A DNA stretch of 64,000 nt. It comes from Candidatus Micrarchaeota archaeon (GTDB taxonomy: Archaea; Micrarchaeota; Micrarchaeia; Micrarchaeales; CABMGC01). The translations under genes and the position numbers were made by a program. The stretch is taken from the NCBI GenBank assembly GCA_021797995.1, contig JAJZYR010000001.1, positions 6,114 through 70,113 of the forward strand, in the 5' to 3' direction. The notes beneath the pieces were generated by a model that saw only the letters and a program-made list of their open reading frames with translations, was not told where the DNA came from and searched no databases. Positions 46,660 through 55,974 of this stretch are shown here, in pieces. Position 1 is the first letter of the stretch. Every line of letters begins with the position of its first letter.

Positions 46660-48411
46660 TCAGCCCTTTGCCTTTGCCTTGATATCCGACATCTCTTCCA
46701 GAAGGTCCTTCGACTCGCTGTCAAGCATGTCTGGGAACTTGTACCTCAATGCCCGCTCATTTTCATCGTTCATGAAGACGTACAGCGTCTCGTTCTCCTT
46801 GACCTGCCTGCCGAACGTGACATCTTCCATGGAGATGGCCACGCTCTCCCCGGCCTTTGACTCCTTAAGGCTGATGGCATTGTCCTGGATCTCCTTAACC
46901 CTGCCGACTATCTCGCCATGCTGATTCATCAGCTGCCATGATGGCTTAAGCCTTCCCTCCTCCACCCTAACACCGAAGACCGCGGGATGCGAGATCCTAA
47001 AGCAGCTGTTCGGCAGCACGGTAAGCTTGCCAGGGAAGACCAGGGCTCTCTCTATTGCCTCCCTGTCCGTCTTCCTTTCCGCATCAGCCCATTCCTTATA
47101 GTCACCGATTATCTTGTAGATTATATCGCTGCTTATTATCCTTATTCCTGTTGCCTCGCTCTCTGCCTTGGCCTCATCGTCTATGGGAACATTGAACGCA
47201 AGCACTATCCCGCCATAGGGATCGCTTGCCTTCATGGTATATGCATCGAGAACGTCCCTTTTTGTAACCCTGCCTATCTCCTTCTTGCTTATCGCTATCT
47301 TCTCAGCACCGAGGAGCCTCGAGAGCGCCTCTATGCTCCCCATAGTGTCCGCCTTGAGTATGACTCCGGTCTTTTCAACATTGAACACCTCGCTTATCTC
47401 CGACTTTATCTCCTGCTCATAGCCCGATATCTCCGTTGACAGGATCAGCGACCCGGGAAGCGCATTGTCAAGGTTTGACGCACTTATCTTTATCCCTGAC
47501 GCGGCGCTGACGCTGTCTATGTAGTAGAATTTGCTGGAAGACTCTCGGAGCTCCTGCAGCTCCTTCGGTTTCAGCAGCGCCTTTATCCTTGCCGTACCTA
47601 TGCCGATGGGGGTCGCAAACGCCACAGTGTCGTTCACCTTCAGGGTGCCGTTGTAAAGTATGACGTCTACCGTTGCCCCGAGGCCCCTGTCCTCCTTCTT
47701 CTCTATTATATTGCCCCTTCCGGGCCCCATAACCTCTATTTCCAGCCTTTGCTCCAGGAACCTCTGTGCAAGCCCTGTGGCATACATCAGGAGCTCCGCA
47801 AGCCCTTCCCCTGTCTTGGCGCTCTCAGGGACTATCACTATCTCCTTCTTGAAGTCCTTGACCCTGTCGAACCTCTCGCTGTTGAACCCGAGCTCGCTTA
47901 GCTTCCCGACGAGCCCGTATATCCTTGCATCGAGATCGTTCGCCACGCTGCCGCTCTGCTTTGATATCGATTCCGTGAAGGAGTTTGTCTGCTGCGCCCT
48001 CCACCCGGTTATCACATCGATCTTGTTGGCGGCGACTATGAACGGGGTCTTGTACTCCTTTAGTATCTCAAGGGCCTCGTATGTCTGCGGCTCGAAACTC
48101 TTGGTCACATCGACGACGAGTATGGCAAGGTCGGCCACTGATCCCCCTCTCTTCCTGAGGTTCGTGAAGGCCTCGTGGCCTGGCGTATCTATGAATAAAA
48201 GGCCAGGTATGGTTATCTTGACGCTGAACTTCTCGAGGAGCGGACCCACTATCTTTCTGATGACGCTGAAAGGTACCTCGCTCGCGCCAATGTGCTGCGT
48301 TATTCCTCCTGCCTCGCGGTTCGTGATGGTCGTGCTGCGTATGCGGTCCAGTAATGTTGTCTTCCCGTGGTCCACGTGTCCCATCACGCATATTATTGGC
48401 TGCCTGATCAT
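46660..48411 (-). CDS. infB: Translation initiation factor aIF5B (IF-2)
   Basis: MIRQPIICVMGHVDHGKTT, GGITQHIGA, DTPGHEAF, NKID. Confidence 0.97.
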   Translation of the reverse strand: MIRQPIICVMGHVDHGKTTLLDRIRSTTITNREAGGITQHIGASEVPFSVIRKIVGPLLEKFSVKITIPGLLFIDTPGHEAFTNLRKRGGSVADLAILVVDVTKSFEPQTYEALEILKEYKTPFIVAANKIDVITGWRAQQTNSFTESISKQSGSVANDLDARIYGLVGKLSELGFNSERFDRVKDFKKEIVIVPESAKTGEGLAELLMYATGLAQRFLEQRLEIEVMGPGRGNIIEKKEDRGLGATVDVILYNGTLKVNDTVAFATPIGIGTARIKALLKPKELQELRESSSKFYYIDSVSAASGIKISASNLDNALPGSLILSTEISGYEQEIKSEISEVFNVEKTGVILKADTMGSIEALSRLLGAEKIAISKKEIGRVTKRDVLDAYTMKASDPYGGIVLAFNVPIDDEAKAESEATGIRIISSDIIYKIIGDYKEWADAERKTDREAIERALVFPGKLTVLPNSCFRISHPAVFGVRVEEGRLKPSWQLMNQHGEIVGRVKEIQDNAISLKESKAGESVAISMEDVTFGRQVKENETLYVFMNDENERALRYKFPDMLDSESKDLLEEMSDIKAKAKG

Positions 48412-48490
48412 GTGGATTACCCCATCTAAATAGTAGCAGATATAAATAGCAAGGATAGATATAAAGACTGATAATGCACATGGTGAGTTT

Positions 48491-49036
48491 ATGAGCCGAG
48501 AACTAATATTCATGAAACCTGACGGGATAGCGCGCAAACTCGTGGGAAGGGTCATATCGCGGTTTGAGGATGCGGGATTCTCAATCGCAAGGATGCAGAA
48601 GGGCAGGATTTCAAGGCAGCTTTCGGAGCTGCTCTACCAGGACTCTGAGGCCCAGCTCACTGGAATGGGCAACAAGACCATAAAGGCGATGACTGACAAG
48701 GGAAACAGGGAAGGGATAATGAAGCTCTTCGAAACCGAGGCGCCTTTTGGCATAGGAAAGCGTCTAAACGAGTGGAACCGGATATATGCCACCTCATCTG
48801 ACGTTATCGCCGTAATAATAGAGAAGGACGGCGATGCTGTAACTGAGGCAAGGGCGATAGTTGGAAAGACGGATCCGGAAATCTCGCCGAAGGGGACGAT
48901 ACGCGGCGACTTCGCCGCGGATTCAATCTACAAAGCAAACCTTGAGAAGAGGGCTTGCCAGAACATAGTCCATGCATCCGACGTCGATACTGCGGAAATG
49001 GACATAAAGAACTTCGAGAAGCATTTCTTCAGGTAG
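48491..49036 (+). CDS. ndk: Nucleoside diphosphate kinase (long form)
   Basis: MKPDG, GTIRGDF, NIVHASD. Confidence 0.92.
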   Translation: MSRELIFMKPDGIARKLVGRVISRFEDAGFSIARMQKGRISRQLSELLYQDSEAQLTGMGNKTIKAMTDKGNREGIMKLFETEAPFGIGKRLNEWNRIYATSSDVIAVIIEKDGDAVTEARAIVGKTDPEISPKGTIRGDFAADSIYKANLEKRACQNIVHASDVDTAEMDIKNFEKHFFR

Positions 49037-49210
49037 CATGCTGTGCAGACAGACATGCGTGCTTATCCCCATTGCAACGCATGCAGGCGGGAGGAAATAC
49101 CCGGCTTCGTAAGGCTTGCAAGCTATGGCTCGACTTTCGGCATGTTGCCACTGGGAGTGAGCCGCAACTAAATGCTTAGTTGAGGAATAGGCGCTCTTCT
49201 CAGAGTGGCG

Positions 49211-49516
49211 TTACGCCTGCATGCTCATTCTCACTTCCTCAGTTATGCATTCAGGAGTCCATGCAGGCTCCCACACTAGGTCTATGTTAACCTGGCCCGC
49301 ACCCTGAAGGTGCTCCAATCTGAGCTGAATGTCTGCAAGTATAACGCTTGTGACAGGGCACATTGGGCTCGTCATCGTAATCTTTAGGCTTATGTTGTTG
49401 CTTGCATCTATATTTATGCCATAGATGAGACCAAGATCGACTATGTTTATGCCTATCTCCGGATCAACACAGCCCTTCAAGGCTGTGATTATATCGTTTA
49501 TCGTAAGTCTTTGCAT
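49211..49516 (-). CDS. DUF59/MIP18 (SufT-like) Fe-S cluster assembly factor
   Basis: DPEIGINIVDLGLIY, TSPMCP, WEPAWT. Confidence 0.92.
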   Translation of the reverse strand: MQRLTINDIITALKGCVDPEIGINIVDLGLIYGINIDASNNISLKITMTSPMCPVTSVILADIQLRLEHLQGAGQVNIDLVWEPAWTPECITEEVRMSMQA

Positions 49517-49542
49517 GCCTTATAGTGGGCCATAACAATTAT

Positions 49543-49768
49543 TTAAAGGCTTGCGAGCGGGAAATCACGCCCATTCATAATGAGGACAGGAGCAGACCGC
49601 AGCAAGGCGTATAAATGCGCTGCGATACGCACGCCAGTGAAGATCCGGACTATTTTTGCACCAGGAAATGGGTGCGAAAGCCGGGATCTGTGAAGCGGGA
49701 ACATATCGTGGGATCCGTGAACTAGACCCCAAGGGAAGCCCCGGACTCTAGCCCGGGGATGCTGTCAC
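49543..49768 (+). mobile_element. Non-autonomous IS200/IS605 derivative (MITE): left end joined to right end
   Basis: 49543-49636 matches reverse complement of 63380-63473 at 87/94 nt; ends in hairpin CCCCGG-ACTCTAGC-CCGGGG plus ATGCTGTCAC. Confidence 0.8.
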
Positions 49769-49807
49769 CTTATTGTGGCCGGTCACGCGGTTCTTGCAAG
49801 CTGCATG

Positions 49808-51211
49808 CTATGCTATCCTGAAGAGATACGAAGAGGCATTGCCCACTACATGGATTAGTGGCTGGGGATACATGCCTATTGCTATTGTGATTACCAGGCA
49901 TGTGACAACGACAAGAACTGTTCCCGTATTCATCCTCATGCGCGCTGAGCCTGCCTTTTGGGCGTATGCCGCCATTATCGGCCTTGCGTAGTAGTACACC
50001 GAGATTATGCTGTTCATCACGCCGAGCACTGCAAGCCACACCAGCCCCGAGTTCACGGCCCCTAGGAAGAGCAGGAACTTGCCCACGAAGCCGGTGGTGA
50101 ACGGCAGCCCTACGAGAGAGAGCATGAAGATGGTCATGCAGAACGCCGCCACCCTGTTCTCACCGTTAAGGCCTATGATGTCATTTATCTCGGTGCGGTT
50201 CTTCGACTCCAGCCATGCGACTATTGCAAGGAGCCCTATGAATAGGAACATGTGCGCGAATATCTGGAAGAGGGCGGCGGAGATGCCTGCCGATGACGAC
50301 GATGCGATCCCTATCAGGATATATCCGGCCTGTGAGATGGACGAATACGCGAGCATGCGCTTTATGTTCCTTTGCATTATGGCGGCTATGTTTCCGTAGA
50401 ACATAGTTGCGACTGACAGTATTGCTATGATTAGGAATGCGGACCTGAATGCGATGAATACCATGATGAGAACCTGCATAAGCGCGATGAACCCGACTTT
50501 CTTGTTTATGCCGCCGAGCATTGCCGTAGCGTATGCAGGCGAGCCCTCGTACACGTCCGGCATAAGCACATTGAACGGGAATACCGATGCTTCTATCCCA
50601 AGCGATGCTATGAACAGCACCATGGCAAAGGCCAGTATGCCGGATTCCTGGTAAACTGGCTGCAGGCTGAGCGAATTGGTCCCCCCATAGAGGGCCACTA
50701 TGGCGAACGAGAGGACACCGACCGAGATTGAGCCGATGATGAATAGCTTTGTCGCGGCCTCAAGGCTCTTTCTCGAGAGCAGCACTATGAATACGGTAGG
50801 TATCACCATAAGCTCAAGGCCCAGAAAGAGCGTTATGAGGGTAACTGAGAGCGACACGAGGTACATGCCCATGAGCGCAAACGACGCCATGAGCGCAAAG
50901 TCACCAAACCCTCCGGCGTATTCGTATGCGAGCACGCTTACCAGTAGCATCGAGAAGGTGAGTATCAGAATGAAGAAGGTCGAGAAGGGGTTTACTGAGA
51001 GCACGCCGAGCACAGTCTGCTGTGTGTTTGCGTATGCCATCGCTCCTGCCGTAATCGTAAGGAGGAGCAGAATGGCTGCGTTGCAGGCGAATTGCGCCCG
51101 CCTCCTGTTTGCAGCCCTTAGCACGAGGTTTACGAGGACAAGCGCACCTGCAAGCAGGAGGAAGAGGTGCACAGGCGTTGCAAAAGCTGCTATCTGCGAT
51201 ACATCTATCAT
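49808..51211 (-). CDS. nuoN: Complex I-like antiporter subunit N
   Basis: FLGLEL, EAATKLFIIG, PDVYEGSP, KRMLAYSSISQAGY. Confidence 0.9.
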   Translation of the reverse strand: MIDVSQIAAFATPVHLFLLLAGALVLVNLVLRAANRRRAQFACNAAILLLLTITAGAMAYANTQQTVLGVLSVNPFSTFFILILTFSMLLVSVLAYEYAGGFGDFALMASFALMGMYLVSLSVTLITLFLGLELMVIPTVFIVLLSRKSLEAATKLFIIGSISVGVLSFAIVALYGGTNSLSLQPVYQESGILAFAMVLFIASLGIEASVFPFNVLMPDVYEGSPAYATAMLGGINKKVGFIALMQVLIMVFIAFRSAFLIIAILSVATMFYGNIAAIMQRNIKRMLAYSSISQAGYILIGIASSSSAGISAALFQIFAHMFLFIGLLAIVAWLESKNRTEINDIIGLNGENRVAAFCMTIFMLSLVGLPFTTGFVGKFLLFLGAVNSGLVWLAVLGVMNSIISVYYYARPIMAAYAQKAGSARMRMNTGTVLVVVTCLVITIAIGMYPQPLIHVVGNASSYLFRIA

Positions 51212-53001
51212 TATATCACCAGGAGCGCATACGCAAGGAGGAGGATTGCACTCACCGCGAAGATGAATGCATATGGATTGATGGCTCCTACTGACATCCT
51301 CCTGAGCCGCGATGCGGAGAGTACGAGGAGATGGCCGAGATAATCGAACATGCCGTTAAGATAGCTCTCGAAAAGCGCGACTCCTTCCCCAAGGTCATAG
51401 AGAAAGCTCGCGGAGAGTATATACAGAAGCGCGAATGCGCCGCGGCGGTGTGCTGCCGCCAATGAAACAGACTTTCCCTGAGCCGGAGCCCTGCTTCTCC
51501 GCTTATATGCCAGATAGCTGGCTGCGGCGCCCACGAGCGCGAGAGCCATTACGATTATACCATCCTGCAAGCTTATTGATATCGGCATGCCTGACGCCAG
51601 GTAGGCCGACCAGCCGTACCCGCCTGCCAGGAAACTATTGAGAAAGACGACAAAGACTGACGCAAAAGCCGTAAGGCATGCAAGGATTACTATCGGGAAG
51701 AGCATGCTCCTTGGCTGGCCCAGGTACCTGAGCGCAGTGGCTTCGGCGCCTGCGGGCTTTGACACAAGGAGAAACCACCTGAAGATATAGAAGCTCGTTG
51801 CGAGCCCTATCAGCGAGATTATCACATAAATGACAAGATTCTGGGAGAACGCGCCGCCTGTCGACGCTGCTGCAAAGAAACCGGAAAGCGGAAAGAAGCC
51901 CGCGAGGGAGAGCACGCCGATGAGGGTGGAAACATAAAGTACCTTGTTTATACCCAGGCCGGAGGTCCTGTCGAGGCCCTCTTCGTCCGTGGCCTTCATT
52001 ATCGAACCTGCGCTGAAGAAGAGCAGGGCCTTGTATAGGCTCTGGACAAGGAAGAAGTATATTGCGGCGAAGAGCGCGCCTCCGCTCACGGCAACCAGCA
52101 TGAGCGAGAGCTCCTGGATGGTTGAGTATGCGATCACGCGCTTGACATGACGCGACCTCATTGCACTGACCGTCGAGATTGCCGCGGTCACCACTGCAAA
52201 GGCCATTATGACCGGGGTTACGCCAGCCCTGTATAGGAGGGGATAGAGGATTATCGCAAGGAACACGCCGGCCTTTACCATTGTCGTAGAGTGCAGGAAT
52301 GCCGATACCGGGGTCGGACCCTCCATCGCGTCTGGCAGCCACTCCTGGAATGGAAACTGGGCTGACTTGGTCAGCACCGCGACTACCAGGAGCAGGGCGC
52401 CCAGATACAGCTGCGGCGACGCATGCGACGGTAGCGCTGCAAGTATGCCGGAAAAGCCAAGGGTCCCGAAGAGGTTCAGGAAGACCGCGATGGCCGCCAG
52501 GAGGGCTATGTCCCCCATTAGCACAATGGTTACCGCAAGGCGCGACGACCTGACCGCCCTCTCCCTGCCGTGCCAGAAACCTATCAGGAGATAGCTGGTG
52601 AGGCTCATGAACTCCCATGATATGAAGAGAAGGACGAAATTGCCACTCATGGCAAAGGCGCACATGGAGATCTCGAACGCAAGCATCTCTGCGTAGAACC
52701 TCCTCTGCTCGCTGAGCGTGGACATGAATCCTGATGAGTATACCATTACCAGCGAGCCGATGAACAGGACCGTACCGAGCAGGGCGAGGTTGAGCGGTGC
52801 TATGGTAGTGGTTATGTTAAATGCAAAGCTGCCTGCAGTAAACCACGGGATTGTTACCGTCCCATAAGAGACAAAATACAGGAGGGCAAAGCTTGCAATG
52901 CTGCCCCCTACTGCAACATACCTGAGCCCCATGCTGTTCCTCGAGAGGAGCACGGCTGCAAGGGAGAGCGCCATGGGGATTAGGAGCAGCAATGGAAACA
53001 T
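51211..53001 (-). CDS. nuoL: Complex I-like antiporter subunit L
   Basis: KSAQFPFQEWLPDAMEGPTPVSAFLHSTTMVKAG. Confidence 0.93.
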   Translation of the reverse strand: MFPLLLLIPMALSLAAVLLSRNSMGLRYVAVGGSIASFALLYFVSYGTVTIPWFTAGSFAFNITTTIAPLNLALLGTVLFIGSLVMVYSSGFMSTLSEQRRFYAEMLAFEISMCAFAMSGNFVLLFISWEFMSLTSYLLIGFWHGRERAVRSSRLAVTIVLMGDIALLAAIAVFLNLFGTLGFSGILAALPSHASPQLYLGALLLVVAVLTKSAQFPFQEWLPDAMEGPTPVSAFLHSTTMVKAGVFLAIILYPLLYRAGVTPVIMAFAVVTAAISTVSAMRSRHVKRVIAYSTIQELSLMLVAVSGGALFAAIYFFLVQSLYKALLFFSAGSIMKATDEEGLDRTSGLGINKVLYVSTLIGVLSLAGFFPLSGFFAAASTGGAFSQNLVIYVIISLIGLATSFYIFRWFLLVSKPAGAEATALRYLGQPRSMLFPIVILACLTAFASVFVVFLNSFLAGGYGWSAYLASGMPISISLQDGIIVMALALVGAAASYLAYKRRSRAPAQGKSVSLAAAHRRGAFALLYILSASFLYDLGEGVALFESYLNGMFDYLGHLLVLSASRLRRMSVGAINPYAFIFAVSAILLLAYALLVI

Positions 53002-53002
53002 G

Positions 53003-53311
53003 TCACCACTTCATCCTGGACAGCCTTGCAACGTCAAAGTCTATTCTCCTGGACTTCATGTATACATAGAAGGTTACCAGCGTGATTATCTCCGCCGCCG
53101 CCACCGCCCAGATGCTTATGAGCATTACTATTGCGCCCTGGTTCGGCACTGCGCCATAGGAAAAGAACGACACCAGCGCTATCGCGCTTGCCACAAACAT
53201 GAGCTCTATTCCAAGCATTATCACGATGAAGTGCCTATCGGTGGCGAGCCCTGCGAATGCAATGCCGACAAGCACGACAGCGACGGCAAACAGATAGATC
53301 AGTTCCAGCAT
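53003..53311 (-). CDS. nuoK: Complex I-like subunit K
   Basis: MLGIELM and VAAAE motifs, three TM helices. Confidence 0.9.
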   Translation of the reverse strand: MLELIYLFAVAVVLVGIAFAGLATDRHFIVIMLGIELMFVASAIALVSFFSYGAVPNQGAIVMLISIWAVAAAEIITLVTFYVYMKSRRIDFDVARLSRMKW

Positions 53312-53312
53312 G

Positions 53313-53792
53313 TCAGACCACCAATTTTATGAACTTCCTGATGAATAGCACGCTTCCCACCGCAGCCGCAGATAGAAGCAGCACAACCGCGAACAGGACA
53401 GGGTAGTACTCCTGAAATGCCGACGGGAAGGTCTGGGCCATGCTGCTTCCGGCATCAGGCACAGCAGCAACAGCCCTTGAGGTAAAGAAAAGCAGGGCCA
53501 GGGACAGCCCGACGGCAACTGGTATGAAGCTCGCCATGCTTATGTACGCCGACTTCTCCTCTGCAGCTATTGCGACCATGAGGTACGTCGAGAGGCCCCC
53601 TACAAATATGAAGAGCTGGAGGAGCGCGACGATTGGCTGGCCCAGAAGGAGGATGATAAGCGCGCTTCCGAGGAATACCGAGGTAAGGGCAAGCACCGCA
53701 TGCATCAGCCTCTTGAAGATGAAGATTGCAAGGGACGACGCTACCGTCACCGCGGCGAGCGATAAAAATGCAACTGTGTATATTCCGAACAT
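53313..53792 (-). CDS. nuoJ: Complex I-like subunit J
   Basis: Five hydrophobic segments, LQLFIFVGG; operon position. Confidence 0.85.
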   Translation of the reverse strand: MFGIYTVAFLSLAAVTVASSLAIFIFKRLMHAVLALTSVFLGSALIILLLGQPIVALLQLFIFVGGLSTYLMVAIAAEEKSAYISMASFIPVAVGLSLALLFFTSRAVAAVPDAGSSMAQTFPSAFQEYYPVLFAVVLLLSAAAVGSVLFIRKFIKLVV

Positions 53793-53799
53793 GCAAAAA

Positions 53800-54159
53800 C
53801 TACTCCAGCTCCTCGGGTCTTTTCAGGAGCTCCCGCTTGTCGCGCACCTCGAGGGAATAATCCTTTGAAAGCGTAAGGCACTTTGGAGGGCAGACTTCGG
53901 CGCACAGCGCACAGAAGAGGCACCTCTCCAGTCCTACCTGGGGCATTAGCTTCATGCCGCGGTCGGTGGGTGTGTTTACCATCGTTATGGTCTTGTTCGG
54001 GCAGATACGCTCGCATGCGGAGCAGCTTATGCACGTTGGCATATCGAGCCGGAGCTTTCCCCTGTAGCAGTCCGGAAGCGATTCCTTCTCTTCGGGGAAT
54101 TCCAGCGTTGACCTCTTTTCCCCGAGCGCCTTTATCGACTGCATTATGGGTCTCAGCAT
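53800..54159 (-). CDS. nuoI: Complex I-like subunit I (2x[4Fe-4S])
   Basis: CISCSACERICP and CLFCALCAEVCP. Confidence 0.92.
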   Translation of the reverse strand: MLRPIMQSIKALGEKRSTLEFPEEKESLPDCYRGKLRLDMPTCISCSACERICPNKTITMVNTPTDRGMKLMPQVGLERCLFCALCAEVCPPKCLTLSKDYSLEVRDKRELLKRPEELE

Positions 54160-54163
54160 CCGA

Positions 54164-55186
54164 TCACGCCACGAATATCATATAAGCCAGTATAAGGTTT
54201 ATTAATGAAAGGGGAAGAAGCCAGAGCCAGCCGAGGCGCAGCACCCTGTCTATCCTCATCCTTACCGTTGTTGCCCTTATCACGACAGTAAAGAGAGCTA
54301 TTACGAATGCCTTAAGTATGAGCCAGGCGACTCCAGGCAGGAATGGCGGACCGAGCCATCCGCCGAAGAACAGGAGAGATATCAGGAGGCCCCACAGGAA
54401 TATCCTGGTATAGTCGAGGAAGAGGGCCAGTGCATAGTAGGGCCCGCTGAAGTCAGTAAGCCATCCGGCTATGAGCTCTGAATCTGCTTCCCTCAGGTCG
54501 AATGGCGGCCTTTCCAGCTCAGCAAGCATGGCAATGAAGAAGACGACAAGGCCGATTGGCATTGCGATCGCAAAGTAGAAGAGCTTTGACTGTGCTGCCA
54601 CTATGCCGCTTATATTGTAGCCGCCGGAGAGGAGCGCTGCTGCCGCGATGACCACGATGAGCGGCAGCTCGTAGCTCAGGAGCATGAGCACAGACCTCTG
54701 GGCGCTTATGTCGGCAAACTTGTTGGAGCTCGAGAAGCCGGCGATGAACACAAGCAGCGGGAAGAATGAGATTGCCGTGAACAGCACGAGCAGGCCAAGG
54801 CCGAGGTTGGTCGCCTGGAGCGTGGGGGAGAACGGGACAAGGAGGATAAGGAAGGTGGTCATCCCGAGGAGGAGCACCGGTCCTAGCTTCATGAGCAGCC
54901 TGTCAGCCCTGTCTGGCTCCACATACTCCTTTGCAAGGAGCTTTACCAGGTCGGCGAGATTCTGGAATATCCCATATTTGCCGACATACGTAGGCCCGTG
55001 CCTGTGCTGCATCCTTGCAATGAGCTTCCTTTCCACCCATCCGAAAATATAGGCAAACACAGACGTGATTATCAGTACTGCGACTGCGTATGCTATTATC
55101 GCCGCGGCGTACGGAAGGAGGCCGCCTGAGCTCAACCAACCCTGCCAGACCGAGATAAGCCTGCTTATGGCCGGTAATGCCGTCAT
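54164..55186 (-). CDS. nuoH: Complex I-like subunit H
   Basis: ERKLIARMQHRHGP, DLVKLLAKE, RPPFDLREADSELIAG. Confidence 0.95.
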   Translation of the reverse strand: MTALPAISRLISVWQGWLSSGGLLPYAAAIIAYAVAVLIITSVFAYIFGWVERKLIARMQHRHGPTYVGKYGIFQNLADLVKLLAKEYVEPDRADRLLMKLGPVLLLGMTTFLILLVPFSPTLQATNLGLGLLVLFTAISFFPLLVFIAGFSSSNKFADISAQRSVLMLLSYELPLIVVIAAAALLSGGYNISGIVAAQSKLFYFAIAMPIGLVVFFIAMLAELERPPFDLREADSELIAGWLTDFSGPYYALALFLDYTRIFLWGLLISLLFFGGWLGPPFLPGVAWLILKAFVIALFTVVIRATTVRMRIDRVLRLGWLWLLPLSLINLILAYMIFVA

Positions 55187-55390
55187 GTTACTATCCTGCA
55201 TCCCGCCAAGGCGGTAATCGCATCAATAAGTCTGCCGTATGGTCTTTGGGACCTGGAAGTGGAACCGTCTACGGCGGTCCGCCTCTCCTTGCCTGGATGT
55301 ATCCTGAACCTGTAGGCGCGCGCTGTCCCCATGCTCCCTGTTTTGTTTTGCGTTTTTATATACCTTTCCCGCCCCGTGGGATTGGAGCCG
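55183..55390 (-). pseudogene. tnpB: Decayed IS200/IS605 left end plus tnpB 5' remnant
   Basis: ATG at 55332 gives MGTARAYRFRIHP, matching the AYRFRIYP of the copy at 60284; upstream TATATAAA and partial hairpin TCCCAC...GCGGGA. Confidence 0.65.
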
Positions 55391-55470
55391 TATGAAAATG
55401 AGTGTCGAAACAGGCCGCATGCGCCTGTAAGGTATTTATACCTTGAAAGCACAATGGCTCTATGTAGTGC

Positions 55471-55944
55471 ATGGACAACAAGACCATGATCAAAGGAATC
55501 ATCTTCGATTTCAATAGGACACTGTACGATCCCGACACAGGGCAACTTGTTGATGGCGCAACTACACTCCTTAAATCACTTCATGGAAAAGGCTATCTGC
55601 TCTGCCTGATAAGCAAGAAGTCCGTTGAGGGAAGGAAAGAGCAGATTACTTCGTTGGGCCTTGACAGATACTTCATAAAGATCCTAATAATAGAAGGAAA
55701 TAAGCTGGAGGCGCACTTCATGGAGTGCCTAAAGGCCATGGCATTGTCCGCTGCAGAAGTGGCTGTTGTAGGGGATAGAATAAACGAGGAAATATTACTG
55801 GGCAATAAGATTGGAATGCGCACCATATGGTATAAGTCCGGTAAATTCGCGGCCGAGGCACCCAAGGAGGCGGTCCAAGAACCGGATTATACGATAACGG
55901 ATCTGCAGAACGTTCCGACCTGTCTTGAAGAGAATGCAGGGTAA
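55471..55944 (+). CDS. HAD-superfamily hydrolase (capless)
   Basis: IIFDFNRTL, LISK, VGDRINEEI, PDYTI. Confidence 0.85.
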   Translation: MDNKTMIKGIIFDFNRTLYDPDTGQLVDGATTLLKSLHGKGYLLCLISKKSVEGRKEQITSLGLDRYFIKILIIEGNKLEAHFMECLKAMALSAAEVAVVGDRINEEILLGNKIGMRTIWYKSGKFAAEAPKEAVQEPDYTITDLQNVPTCLEENAG

Positions 55945-55974
55945 AAAGGCTTTCGTAATCTCAAACGCCTTATC

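Noticed and set aside
48412..48555. 48-aa N-terminal extension of aIF5B in the ORF track
   Set aside because: It overlaps the ndk start and the shared promoter region; the family-typical start is MIRQP at 48411.
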